A DNA stretch of 64,000 nt from Octopus vulgaris (GCA_951406725.2 OX597828.1:48670001-48734000); one strand, 5' to 3'. Shown: positions 33,273 to 46,789, counted from the stretch's first letter. Made by a program: numbers and translations. The notes: generated by a model from the sequence alone, not told the origin.

Positions 33273-33975
33273 ATACTGGGAGGAAGAGAAATGGAACGAA
33301 GCGACGAATCGAATCGAACCTGACGTGAACGCGCTGTCAGACAATAATGTAATAAATAAAATATATGCATACATACAAACATATATGTACGTACCTATAT
33401 GTATATATATATGTTATAGCACATTCAATGTAAATTGTAAAAGAGAGAAGAAATGACCAGCATTAAATGACCAATGTTACATAAGGTACAGGCATTGTCG
33501 AATTACCAAAGCGTTGCGCCATATGTCTTACGGAGAAAGACTATATCTTCCATGTTCCCCTTCAATATTAAATGAGGGAAAACAGAGCGAGTCCTTGAGA
33601 CTTTCAAAGTAGTCACCCAGATGCATGGCAGACGAAAACCAACGATTTTAACAGATTAAACAGCTTAAAGTCATTCTATTCCATTACTTAGATAACCGCT
33701 AATATTTTCCGCCAACGGACGGCCATACCGAACGAAACCTCGATTCGGGATTTGTAATCTCTGTTTATCGTACAACAATCGACATAAATAGTATTCTACG
33801 CACGTTTGTAATAAAACCGTATTGAGTGCTTATCGGTTTACGTAGCAGAAAAATAAACAAAAATAACAATATACATACATACGTACATAAATACATGTAT
33901 ATACACAGCATCATCTATGTATACACATACACACACATATACATACATACATACATACATACATACATACATACA

Positions 33976-34006
<31 letters not shown>

Positions 34007-34455
34007 GCACACACACATATATGTGGAAGCACTCCGTCGGTTACGACGATGAGGGTTCCGGTTGATCCGAATCAACGGAACAGCCTGCTCGTGAAATTAA
34101 CGTGTAAGTGGCTGAGCACTCCACAGACACGTGCACCCTTAACGTAGTTCTCGGGGATATTCAGCGTGACACAGAGAGTGACAAGGGCGGCCCTTTGAAA
34201 TACAGGTACAACAGAAACAGGAAGTAAGAGTGAGAGAGAGTTGTGGCGAAAGAGTACAGAAGGGATCACCACCATCCCCTGCCGGAGCCTCGCGGAGCTT
34301 TTTAGGTGTTTTCGCTCAATAAACACTCACAACGCCCGGTCTGGGAATCGAAACCGCGATCCTATGACCGCGAGTCCGCTGCCCTAACCACTGGGCCATT
34401 GCGCCTCCATACGTACATAAATACATGTATATACACAGCATCATCTATGTATACA

Positions 34456-35290
34456 GGGGAACCGCTCACAGCCTCTAACAATATCAGAGACCTGGGTGTA
34501 ATTGTTGATGACGATCTCAGTTGGAGTGCACACATCAACAAGAAGGTCGATACAGCTCGTAGGATGAGTTCCTGGATCTTAAGAACTTTCCGGTCCAGAG
34601 AACAAGGTGTCATCATACCACTTTTTTCATCCTTTGTACGGCCACACCTTGAATACTGCTGCCCACTGTGGTCTCCTCACACAAGACAAAACATCTCCAG
34701 AATTGAGTCACCCCAGAGGGCTCTCACTAAACAAATTGAAAGCATGGCTGCTCTCGACTATTGGGATCGCCTTAAAGCCTTGAAACTTTACTCCCTCCAG
34801 CGCCGCCGTGAGCGGTACATCATTTGTACGATGTGGAAAATATACCGCCAACTTTGCCCAAACGACCTAAACATTAGCTTCAAGGTTCATCCGAGACTTG
34901 GACCACGGGCTATACGTCCCCTGCCAAATTCAAGATCACAACATACATGTACACTGCAACATAATTTCTTTTCCTCAACAGGCCCTGCCCTATTTAACAT
35001 TGTCCCGAGGGAGATCAAAGAGGAAAAGGATCCCATCAACTTCAAACAGAGTCTGGATAGATTCCTTCAAAGAATACCAGACAAGCCACCCATAATTGGA
35101 TACAACTCACCCAACAAGAACTCACTACTTGAACAAAACTGGATACAACTCACCCAACAAGAACTCACTACTTGAACAAAACTTGACTTAAACAGGATTC
35201 GAATAATCCTATCAGGTGGTGCTATTAAGTTAGACATGGCCTGGACCAATCTCTGGTCGAAACATATCTAAGTTTTATTTATCTAAGTTT
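34456..35290 (+). mobile_element. 5'-truncated CR1/L2-group LINE of a second family (ORF2 C-terminus plus 3' UTR)
   Basis: IRDLGVIVDDDLSWSAHI, VRPHLEYCCPLWSP, LKLYSLQRRRERY, GPALFNIVP, FKQSLDRFL. Tail contains a repeated atctaagtttta; probable TSD tataca (34450-34455 / 35291-35296). Confidence 0.9.
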
Positions 35291-35686
35291 TATACACATA
35301 CACACACATATACATACATACATATGCACACACACATATATACACATACATAAATACGTACATATATACACACGCACAAATACATATATATATATATATA
35401 TACGCATGCATACAGTTACAAATACAGATGACATGCAGGTGTCAAAGCGGATATCCGTTAAGGTATCAGCAAAGAACCATAATATCACATTTAATGACCA
35501 ACGGAGGTAAATATATTGACATAAAACTAAAACACGCGGCTCACTCGCCCAGACTCAACTGTCTTCTGATCATTTTAATGATTTTTGCCCGAAACACTTC
35601 AACAAAAACATCGTGTACGTATGTATAAACACGCACGTATCTGTGTACTTCTGTGTATACAAGCAGATGTTTACGTAAGCATACAT

Positions 35687-35763
<77 letters not shown>

Positions 35764-35904
35764 GAATATATATATATATATAATATATATATATATGAAT
35801 ATATATATATATATATAACATGTATATGATATACATGACTAAATGTATACATGTGTATATATATAGATATATACATATTTATACATATAAAAACACACAC
35901 GCAT

Positions 35905-35957
<53 letters not shown>

Positions 35958-36355
35958 AATACCTACACACACGCTCTCGCACATTTACGTGCATCTATGT
36001 ATATGAGTGTGTGTGTGTGTGTGTGTATGGGTGGGTGTGTGCTTGTGTGAGCGCATGCGCTTGTGTGTGTGTATTCGTGTACATGTACCGAATCACTCTA
36101 TGAACTCCTCACCGACTTAAGAGCCGTAATCAAGTGTTTCAGAATTTTATTCTCGAATATATTTCCCCTAAAAGGATATTTCATTGATAATACTCTGAAC
36201 AGAAAACAAAAATGGTTTTTAACGTTGATATTCTAGTGTAAGTGTGGTGTAAAGTTACTCGCCATTTTAATTACGCTGTTTACATGATGAGTTTCAAGAC
36301 CAGAGATTGTCACCATTTTTGTTTTTTAAATCCATGAACCCCTTTGATAACTATT

Positions 36356-36429
36356 TTGTTCTGGTGGATCTCATAGCAATTGTTCTGGTGGATCTCATAG
36401 CCATTGTTCTGGTGGATCTCAAAGCCATT
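36356..36429. repeat. 24-bp minisatellite, three copies
   Basis: Unit ttgttctggtggatctcatagc(a/c)a. Confidence 0.9.
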
Positions 36430-36624
36430 CAGTGCTTAACTATTAGCTTTATAGATACTTCTTTCAAAATTTCCTATTTTGCTTTTCACCTATTTACTTG
36501 TGCACGTTTGCAATGGCGCTCATCTGAGAGAACATGTTTCGGTGGCCACAGATATGTTGAACTGCGTTAAGCGTAAGAGAAAGAAACCTAGTTGTTTCTT
36601 TCAATATATATATATATCTAAGAG

Positions 36625-37015
36625 TGGAGGCGCAATGGCCCAGTGGTTAGGGCAGCGGACTCGCGGTTGGAGGATCGCGATTTCGATTCCCAGACCGGGC
36701 GCTGTGTGTGTTTATTGAGCGAAAACACCTAAAGCTCCACGAGGCTCCGGCAGGGGGTGGTTGCGACCCCTGTTGTACTCTTTCGCCTCAACTTTCTCTC
36801 ACTCCACTCTTACTTCCTGTTTCTGTTGTACCTGTATTTCAAGGGGCCGGCCTTGTCACTCTCTGTGTCACGCTGAATATCCCTGAGAACTACGTTAAGG
36901 GTGCACGTGTCTGTGGAGTGCTCAGCCACTTACACGTTAATTTCACGAGCAGGGGCTGTTCCAATGATTCGGATCAACAGGAACCCTCATCGTCGTAACC
37001 GACGGAGTGCTTCCC
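36625..37015 (+). mobile_element. SINE family C, tail type 2; other copies at 25055-25352(+) and 34024-34408(-)
   Basis: Same head as 17025-17328 but a different 3' half; TSD atatctaagag at 36614-36624 and 37016-37026. Confidence 0.88.
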
Positions 37016-37789
37016 ATATCTAAGAGAAAAAATATATATATCTAATAAATATATCTAAGAGAAAAATTTGTTGGATCCTCAATTTAGTGTCTTGCTTTTG
37101 TGGAACCAAAACTTTTACATGGACCCCCAGAGACCGTATAGTGGAGGTGCGTGGCTTAGTGGTTTTGGTTGTTGGACTCATGATTGTAAGATTGTGGTTT
37201 CGATTTCTGGACCGAGCGACGCGTTGTGTTCTTGAGCAAAACACTTCATTTCACGTCGCTCCAGTCCACTCAGCTGGCAAAAATGAGTAACTCTGTGACG
37301 GACCGGCGTCCAGTCCAGGTAGGGAATTTATACGCCATGGAAACCATTATGAATCGGCATGACTCGAGAAGGTAACCTTTATTTTTTCTATAAGGGGCCG
37401 TATGGATCACGGATCAGAACAACTGTTTATAGAACCTGTCCCACGAAATTTTCCACTTCGTAACTTTTCTTTCCTTTTCTTTCCTATTTCTTTTCTTGTA
37501 TTTTTTCCCTTTAAGGTTCAAAATTTGGTGTGCTTCAGCGATTATTTGATCATTTAGTCTCGCCTGTTGCAACCCCAACACATTCAAAGTAACGAGCTTA
37601 TTAGGGATCGTGACCGTTAGGGGTTTCCATGCTCGGATACCTGTACCCACTAGAAATACAAGATAGCATTTCAGTGGGTGTAAGACAGCATTTCCGATCT
37701 TCGACAAAGAATGTATATGCTGCATTAAAACCGTTGATCAGTATAAAATTTATTACAATCTGTTAAAAGCAACTTTGTTCTATTAAGTA

Positions 37790-38185
37790 CTAACAGTATC
37801 GCCCGGCGTTGCTCGGGTTTGTAAGGGAAATAACTATATAAGCATTTTTAGAGATGTAAAGTATAATAGCCATCTCAATATGGCTAACCACAAAGCGGGG
37901 TGTTACTGTAGCTTTTTACGTTCTGAGATTTAAGAATACATTTTTAGAGAGTTACTTCCCTTATATAATAGCAAAAAATGCATTAAAAATGGGAAAAATT
38001 ATGGTAAATTTTTTTTTAAATCGTAGATTCATCGTAGACGCGCGCTAATACCAAGAAGGGCTCGATATGAATCACGACTATATGATATCCGGTTTTGGTT
38101 AAACTGCACCGCAAAATGTGGGAGTAGTTAGGAATCTAAATCGTAGGAGACAGACAGCACACAACCTCACTTTTATATATAAAGA
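37790..38185 (-). mobile_element. Non-autonomous Helitron (second family)
   Basis: Minus strand A|TCtttatatataaaag start, subterminal hairpin cccgagcaacgccggg, TTAG|T end; homologous to 16038-16423. Confidence 0.8.
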
Positions 38186-39047
38186 TATCAAGAAATTTAT
38201 TATTCCACAATACTGTCTACAGTCTAATCAAAAGATAATAAATTATTTGTCCTTTTTATTCGGTTTGCAACATTGTTAGTGTGGAATCGTGCGTTGAAAG
38301 AAATTTTATTGTATTTTGGGGTGGGATCAGATTTGAAACAGATCTGGACGAAAGAGTGAACGTCATTGACGAGGTTTCCAACGATGACGAAAGAATTTTA
38401 ACAAGCAATTGATTGATTGTTTAACCGATTGATTAAGCAAGCAACCGATTAGTTGGTTGGTTAAACTAACTAACTAATTTACTTATAATTAAGAAGTGAA
38501 ACTGAATCAGTGCATGTGTTTATTATTGTCATAATGAACTTCCCAAGATGAAACAAATTAACAAATTATTTATTAGAAAATTGGCTTTTTCCTTATCAAA
38601 TGTGATATTACTTTTCTGGAGAATCGAAAATTAATCGAACATTTCCTAAGAATGCAGGGCACAGAAAGGGTTGGGAATCACCGAGCTAGATGATGACTCC
38701 TTTCGCTAGAATCAGCTACCAAATCTAAATCACACCATGCTTAAATGATTCCCAGTTTTTAACAACCATATCCTCATTAAGGCAAATAAATATTTTTCGT
38801 GGCCCCTCCTCGTGTCCTTTTCAATATTTAACCCTTTAGCATTTAAACCGGCCATATCTGGCCCCAGTATTCTGCCTGACATACTTGCGCAACAATGTCA
38901 TTCTAAAGATAAACAGTCACATCATAGAAATCTCGAAGCCACAAAGATAATACAAGATTAATTCAAAAGAATGCGAATAAATAAGCATTACATTTTGAAT
39001 GCGAACGGATTATATAAAACTTTTCTGATTAGAAAAGTACGAGGGGA

Positions 39048-39176
39048 TGTTAAAACGTTTCTGGCTTTAAGGGTATCGCGAAAGGTCTGGCTGGGGGCCC
39101 AACCTTCCGAGTTCTTTTACAAGGCTTAGAAAAACTGAAGGACCGCTGCAGTAAGTGAGTGAATCTGAGAAGGAAC
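39048..39176 (+). mobile_element. Truncated mariner-derived MITE fragment
   Basis: tacgagggg terminus plus GLEKLKDRCSK*VNLR transposase C-terminal remnant; cut by the SINE array. Confidence 0.55.
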
Positions 39177-39615
39177 TCAGAACGTAGCGGCAGACGAAAT
39201 ACCTATTTCTTTATTGCCCACAAGGGGCTAAACACAGAGGGGACAAACAAGGACAGACACACGGATTAAGTCGATTATATTGACCCCAGTGCGTAACTTG
39301 TACTTATTTAATCGACCCCGAAAGGATGAAAGGCAAAGTCGACCTCGGCGGAATTTGAACTCAGAACGTAGCGGCAGACGAAATACCTATTTCTTTACTA
39401 CCCAGAAGGGGCTAAACACAGAGAGGACAAACAAGGACAGACAAACGCATTAAGTCGATTATATCGACCCCAGTGCGCGACTGGTACTTATTTAATCGAC
39501 CCCGAAAGGATGAAAGGCAAAGTCGACCTCGGCGGAATTTGAACTCAGAACGTAGCGTCAGACGAAATACCGCTAAGCATTTCGCCCGGCGTGCTAACGT
39601 TTCTGCCAGCTAACC
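39175..39615 (-). mobile_element. Head-to-tail tandem array of SINE family A (one head, duplicated body)
   Basis: gaactcagaacgtagcg(g/t)cagacgaaatacc recurs at about 39175, 39357 and 39541. Confidence 0.85.
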
Positions 39616-40142
39616 GCTGTCTACCAAATCCACTCGCAAGACTTTGTTCGGCCTGAGCCTATCGTAGAAGACACTTGCCCAAACCATGGTGTCAGGCAGT
39701 GGGACTGAATCCAGAACCATGTGGTTGGGAAGCCGGCGTCTTACCACACATCTGCGTCTATTTTTTGTTTATTTGAAAAAAAAAATATTCTTACACTCAA
39801 CTCTAATTTCATGTCATTACAAAATGGAAACAGCTTCAACAACTAACAACTTCCGGTTGGGTGGATTTTTTTCCCTTCATTTTCTTTTCTTTTTCTCTAT
39901 CATTTTTCTTTATTTTTTTTTGGCGGCGCTGTATCGTTTCGGAGAGTTTGATTTAATTACCATTAAAGACAGAAGTGTTCGTTCACCGTTTTTTTTTTTT
40001 TGCTTTTTTTTTTTCGTTGCAATGTCATTCATAAAATAAGTGATAATCCACTATAATCTGTAAGTTAATCCTATCGAAATTCAATGGAAAAAAGAGCAAA
40101 GCAACGGTCGCTGGTGATGGTGTTGGTGGTGTTGGCATTGGT

Positions 40143-40174
<32 letters not shown>

Positions 40175-40729
40175 GGTGGTGGTGGTGGTGGTGGTGGTGG
40201 TGGTGGTGGTGGAGGTGACAATGGTGCAGCTGGCGTGGTGGTAGTAGCGATGGTTGTGGTGGTGATGGCTATCGTCATTATTGTGGTGGTGGCGCCGGTG
40301 GCGGTGATGGTAGAGGTGGTAGTGATGGAGATGGCGACGGTGGTAGTGGCGATGATTGTAATGGTTATGGTTGCAGGGGTGGTTGTGGTGGCCATTGTGG
40401 TGAAGGAGGCGGCGGTGTTGGTGGTGATGTTGGCGGTGAGGATTGTTACGGCTATGATGATGGTGGTGGTGGTGGTGATTGCATTGACTGTGGTAATGGT
40501 GGTGATGTCGTTGGTGGCGGTGGCTGGCGTTATGTAATACTGGGGGGGGGGGACGAACGATATGAAAAAGAGATGGTAAGGTAGACTGACGCGTGTGCGC
40601 GCATGCTTGTGCGCTTGCTTGTTTGTGTTTGTGTATGTGTGTGTGTGTGTATGTGTGTATGTGTGTATGTGTGTGTATGTGTGTGTATGTGTGTGTGTGT
40701 ATGTGTGCGTGTGTGTATGTGTGTGTGTA

Positions 40730-40768
<39 letters not shown>

Positions 40769-40846
40769 ATGTGTGTGTATGTGTGTGTGTGTGTGTATGT
40801 GTGTGCGTGTATGTGCGTGCGTGTATGTCTGTGTATGTGTGTGTGT

Positions 40847-40898
<52 letters not shown>

Positions 40899-41084
40899 TA
40901 GAGTATGCTTAGTTGTAATGTGTGCGATTCTTAATGAACGTAGCAAAGCGCAGCAACATCTGCTTCTTTTACAAGAACTAAACGTGATTTTCTTTTCATT
41001 CCAAATTTACGTAAATGGCAAACATCTGCCAAGTCCTTATTGATTTCGTGTTACACTCAGTATTTTGGACGTATATGTGCACGT

Positions 41085-41149
<65 letters not shown>

Positions 41150-41207
41150 GGTGTGTGTATACATACACGCTACATAGACACTCATAACATTCACGTATAT
41201 TTGTGTT

Positions 41208-41263
<56 letters not shown>

Positions 41264-41381
41264 ATTTTAAGCAGCAGAAAATTCAACAAAATCTGTTACT
41301 CTGAGTTTCTCGTTGCCGTTCATCAGACAGTTTTGCTAGAATGGAACATATATATTAATTAATATATATGTTCCATTCTAG

Positions 41382-41431
41382 CAAAAACTGTCTGATGAAC
41401 GGCAACGAGAAACTCAGAGTAACAGATTTTG
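41382..41431 (+). ncRNA. Minimal hammerhead ribozyme motif; mirror copy on the minus strand at about 41286-41335
   Basis: Helix I caaaa-a-ctgt / acag-a-ttttg; CTGATGA 41392-41398; short helix II cg-gcaa-cg; GAAA 41409-41412; helix III ctc-a-gag; GUA site. Confidence 0.75.
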
Positions 41432-41527
41432 TTGAATTTTCTGCTGCTTAAAATAAAGCATATTACTCTACCACTGGTATTTGAGTACTCTTTTTTCCAC
41501 CTTGTTTCACATTTTTGTGTTTACTCC

Positions 41528-41585
<58 letters not shown>

Positions 41586-41756
41586 CATGTGTGTGTGGCG
41601 GGGGGGAGAGATATAGACAGAGAGGCAGACAAATGGACGAACTCAGAGACAAGCAGACAGAGGTATGTATATGCATGTCTATGTCTGCTTGTACGTATGT
41701 GAATATTCGTAATATTTACATATAAATATATATTTGCTTATACTAATGTAAATGTG

Positions 41757-41904
<148 letters not shown>

Positions 41905-42005
41905 GTATATATGTAAATATATATATATATATATACATACATACATAAGTATATATATATACACACACAGACACAACTACATATGCATGTATGTATGTAT
42001 GTATC

Positions 42006-42055
<50 letters not shown>

Positions 42056-42656
42056 CGTCCGTTGCCAACCATCTGATGAAACAGAGAGAGAGAGAGAGAG
42101 CGAGACATTGGAACGGAGAGAACATGGCGTTAATTCTCACGATTAAATATTCCATTCACGTGATTAGGGTAGACGGAAGAAAGCGTCCAGCTCCAACGCC
42201 AACACCACCACTACCACCATCACCTCCTCCACCACCATTGCCTCCATCAACTTCACCGCCACCACTACCGCAACGTGTGCCCATACCTGATGCATTACTG
42301 CACCCACCCACCGCGCCATACCCATACAAACAAACAAGTATTTCTACATCTCAAGTAGCAGACATGTTTGTCTCTCGCTGTTCTTTCGTTTTTATTTGGG
42401 GTTTTTTTGGGTTTTTTTTTTGCTTTTTGTCTTTAGTTTTCTTTCTTTTCTTTTCTTTTCTTTTCTTTTTTTCTTTGCTGTTTTATTATATATTTGTATT
42501 TTACATTAACATGAACTTGTTATCGAACCTGAATTTAGGGGTCAAACGTCTCAGAAAATCAAGAGTTAGAGATTGGAGCGACAAAGCTTTTCCTTTTCCA
42601 CTTCAAAATTATTTCTTATTTGTTGTTGTTGTTGCTGTTTGTTTGTTTGTTTGTTA

Positions 42657-42747
<91 letters not shown>

Positions 42748-42962
42748 GCTGCTTAAATAATACTGTCAAAAGAAACGAAATGACATACAAAACATGACCA
42801 TCAACAGCGAATACTGCTACTACTGCTACTACTACTATTACTACTACTGCTGCTGCTGCTGCTGCTACTATAACTACCCTCAGCACCACCATAACTACCA
42901 CTACTACCACCATCAGCACAACCACCACTACTACTACTACTTCTACTGCTACTAATACCACC

Positions 42963-42993
<31 letters not shown>

Positions 42994-43563
42994 TTGCATC
43001 TACTACAACAACCACTATTATACTACTAGTAAACACCACCATCATCACTACTTCTACTATACTACAACAACTACTACTATACCAGTACTACTATACTACT
43101 ACTGCAATTAATGCATGTAAGAGACCTAGTGGTTAGGGTGTTGAGCTTATGGCCGTTATGTGGTGAGTTCGATACTCAAAGTGGGCGGCGCTTTGCGTTC
43201 TTGAATACATCGCACATCGTTTCACGTTGCTCAATTTCCACTCAGCTGGTCCTAAGTTGCAATAGTCTGGGTGTTAAACCTACAATGGGCTGACGTTCCG
43301 TTCAGTGGTAGTGGGCAGGGCCTCCGTGAGAAATTTGACAAAGCGATACAAAACGAATTTTGGAGCCCTGGATGGAGAAAGGAATTATCTCTAAATACAT
43401 AGGCACTGAGCTGGGGGTTTTTTGTAGCAAGGGGTCCAGTTTCTTGTCGAGGGCCCTTCCTCTGTCCTCCGGACTCTGTGTTAATCTAGCGATTGAATCC
43501 GCCTTTCATAGGTGGCAGCGGCATTTTGCTGTCTCCGTTACCTTGGAAATCCAGATAAGCAAT

Positions 43564-44062
43564 GAGAGAGAGGGAAAAAGAGGGAAGAGAGAAGGGTGAG
43601 AGAGAGGGTGGGGACAGGGGTGGGAAAGTGAGAGATGGAAGCAAGAGGAGGAGAGAGGAGAGAGGGGGAGAGGGAGAGAGGAGGGAGGGATGGGGAGAGG
43701 GGGAGAGGGATGGGAGAGAGGAATGGGATAGAGGGGGTGGAATAGAGAAGTATGGGAGAGAGAAGGGTGAGAGAGAGAAGTGGGAGACAGGGGTGAAAGA
43801 GAGAGGATGGGAGAGAGGGGTGGGAAAGAGAGAGATGGGAGCGAGAGGAGATATGGGAGAGAGAGGGGAGAGGGATGGAAGAGAGAGGGGTGAGAAAGAG
43901 AGAGATGGGAGAGAGAAGAGGCGAGTGGGGTGAGAGAAAGGAATGGGAGGAGAGAGAGGAGTGGGAGAGAGGGTGAGGAGAAGATGGGAGAGAGGAATGG
44001 GATAGAGAGGGGTAGGATAGAGAAGCATGAGAGAGAGAGAGGGGGAGAGAGAGAGGGAGAGA
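43564..44062. repeat. Polypurine (GA-rich) low-complexity tract; similar tract at about 54907-55450
   Basis: Almost only G and A on the plus strand; the 55-kb tract contains an internal duplication of about 80 bp. Confidence 0.85.
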
Positions 44063-44615
44063 GTACTGCTACCACAACTAATAGTAATTTCTATCTCATA
44101 AACGTAGAGATTGGCAGAAAGCTGGGTCACTCGATTATTTTGACCTCGGGAGCTGATTGGTATTTTAGCTTATCGATCCTCAAATGAGAAAATAAACCGA
44201 GTGGGAGTTGAACCCAAAATGTTAGGAGCCACAATAAATTCTGCAGGACATTTTGTCAGCCTCCTTACCGGCAGCAATTTTGAGGGGAGGGCAGGGGCCT
44301 ATTCAATACCTATTTCTTTATTACCCACAAGGGGCTAAACACAGAGGGTACAAACAAGGACAGACATAGGTATTAAGTCGATTACATCGACCCCAGTGCG
44401 TAACTGGTACTTAATTTATCGACCCCGAAAGGATGAAAGGCAAAGTCGACCTCGGCGGAATTTGAACTCACAACGTAACCCAGACGAAATACCGCTAAGC
44501 ATTTCGCCCCGCGGGCTAACGTTTCTGCCCGTCAATCTCAGCATTTGACAGGTACTTTATATTATCGACCTCGAAGAGATAAAAGGGAAAATTGAACTGG
44601 GTAAGATTTGAAATG

Positions 44616-44843
44616 TTAAGCCTTTTAGCATTCAGATTATTTTATCAAATGTAATGTTTTTTATTCACATTGTTTCTAATTAATCCTGCATCATTTTGCA
44701 GCTTTGAGAATTTCACGATGTGATTGCTTATTTTTAGCAGGACGTTGTAGGGTAGGTGTGAGAGTTCGCATCTGGCTGGTTTGAACTTAAAACAGGAAGA
44801 ATATTAGAGCCTGGCATGGCCGGTTTGAATGCTAAAGAGTTAA
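44616..44843. mobile_element. TTAA-flanked (piggyBac-like) MITE; degenerate opposite-orientation copy at about 38828-39012
   Basis: ttaa-gccttttagcattca ... tgaatgctaaagag-ttaa; the second copy starts ttaaccctttagcatt and shares internal sequence. Confidence 0.65.
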
Positions 44844-45368
44844 CTTAAAGTGTCCGAAGAAATATTACAAAGCGTATTTTCTGAATTCAGGGGCTAAACA
44901 CAGAGAGGACAAGGGGCTAAACACGGAGAGGACAAACAAGGATAGACAAATGGATTAAGTCGATTATATCGACCCCAGTGCGTAACTGGTACTTATTTAA
45001 TCGACCTCGAAAGGGTGAAAGGCAAAGTCGACCTCGAACAGTAATGAGTTACAAAACTCAAACCCATAAAAAGTAACATACATGTGAATTACTATATTCG
45101 ATAAAAGTAAACATCTAGTGTTGTTGTTGTTGTAGTTGTTGTTGTAAACAAGTTGTGTGAAGTGTAGACATATGTGTTAAACATGGCGGTAAATAGCGTA
45201 GATTAACTGAAGAGATAAACTTCACTCGTGTTATGTGTTCATATCTCAAATATAAAAATGAGATAAACGTCAGAGATAAGGATTAATGTGATGCAGTAGT
45301 AATCCACAGAGGGCATATGGGAATAATTAAAGTTGATACAAAAATTGATGTGTAATAATAATAATAAC

Positions 45369-45409
<41 letters not shown>

Positions 45410-45434
45410 TGATGATAACAATAATAATAATAAC

Positions 45435-45478
<44 letters not shown>

Positions 45479-45503
45479 TGATGATAACAATAATAATAAT
45501 AAC

Positions 45504-45538
<35 letters not shown>

Positions 45539-45546
45539 TAATAATA

Positions 45547-45732
45547 AAACACCAGGACTTACAAACACATATAACATACAGAAAATTGCACTACTAGACA
45601 CTGCACACATCCTACGCAGAACACTTTCCATACAATAACCATCAGAGCATCACAACAAATCACAGCACATACCCAAGGCACACAGAGCTGCGCTCAGTAG
45701 TGAAGTGAAAGCACGCTATAAAAATAAAACTA

Positions 45733-45735
<3 letters not shown>
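45547..45735 (+). mobile_element. 3' end of an R4/Dong-like non-LTR element inserted in (TAA)n
   Basis: PGLTNTYNIQKIALLDTAHILRRTL matches the R4/Dong C-terminal IQKxALLGTAHILR motif; (TAA)n on both sides is the known Dong target. Confidence 0.8.
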
Positions 45736-45808
<73 letters not shown>

Positions 45809-46310
45809 GTAATAATTCTTTCTACTCTAGGCACTAGGCCTGAAAGTTTTATGGAGGGGGCCAGTCGATTTGATCGACACCGGTACGCAACTGGTACTTA
45901 ATCTATCGACCCCGAAAGGATGAAAAACAGAGTAGACCTCGGCGGAATTCGAACTCAGAACGGACCAGCAGGCGAAATACTGCTAAGCATTTCGTCCAGC
46001 ACGCTCGCCGCCTTCTTAATAATAATAATTATTATAATTTCAAATTTTGGCTACTAGAGCAACTTGGGTCAAGTGGGGATGAGTCGATTACATCGACCCC
46101 AGGTACTTATTTTATCGACCCCGAAAGGATGGAGGCAGAGTTGACCTCGGCAGAATTTGAGCTCAGAATGTAGCGACGGGCGAAGCACAGCAAACATTTC
46201 GCCCGGCGTGCTAACGGTTCTACCAGCTCGCCGCCTTTTTAATAATAATAATAATAATCATAATAATAATAATAATAATGAAAAAGATTCCGAGAAGTAT
46301 TTGTACTTAC

Positions 46311-46544
46311 CCAACATTTACCATTGATGCACATATCAAGGGTTTGTGCGTTACATCGGGTCCCATCAAGAACCTTAGGGGCCAGGCTTTTCACGATATT
46401 TCCTTGTATGGCCAGGCAGTAAAGTGAACATGGATCTGATGGGTTCCGATAGGGTATCCAGGTAAAATATTGTCCAAAGTACATCTTATCATCGTAGGCC
46501 GTACACTGTTGAGCACGGAAATCATCGGTCGGGTTCGGACACAT
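46311..46544 (-). CDS. Next exon of the same ADAMTS-like gene: cysteine-rich domain
   Basis: 234 nt, 78 codons, MCPNPTDDFRAQQC...PCSLYCLA...LAPKVLDGTRC...LDMCINGKCW. FRAQQC and LAPKVLDGTRC match ADAMTSL1/3 as I recall them. Acceptor ctgtag|ATG, donor TGG|gtaagt; joins the previous exon in frame (CNNE|MCPNP). Confidence 0.93.
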
Positions 46545-46789
46545 CTACAGAAGACGATGTTAACAGAGAATATAAACGGAAATTACGATTGAAACGCGGC
46601 CTCCATGTAAAGATCATCAAATCTTTTATACAAGTGATATATACATTTAATTGTTTAACATAGGACAAAGTGTGAACACGTGTGATCTAATTTCTAAGGC
46701 TATTCGGTTCTAGATTATGAGGAAATGGTTTCAATTCCTGAACCGTATTTTTGCAGGGTGGGAGTCTTTTCTTTTTTTCTTTTCACTTA

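Noticed and set aside
36356-36429. Three 24-bp repeats as a CRISPR array
   Set aside because: Tandem with no spacers, no cas genes, eukaryotic context.
36625-36705. tRNA gene-like sequence
   Set aside because: It is the head of a multi-copy SINE with a TSD, not a stand-alone tRNA.
37414-37725. 103-aa minus-strand ORF
   Set aside because: No recognisable domain or ADAMTS-like cysteine pattern.
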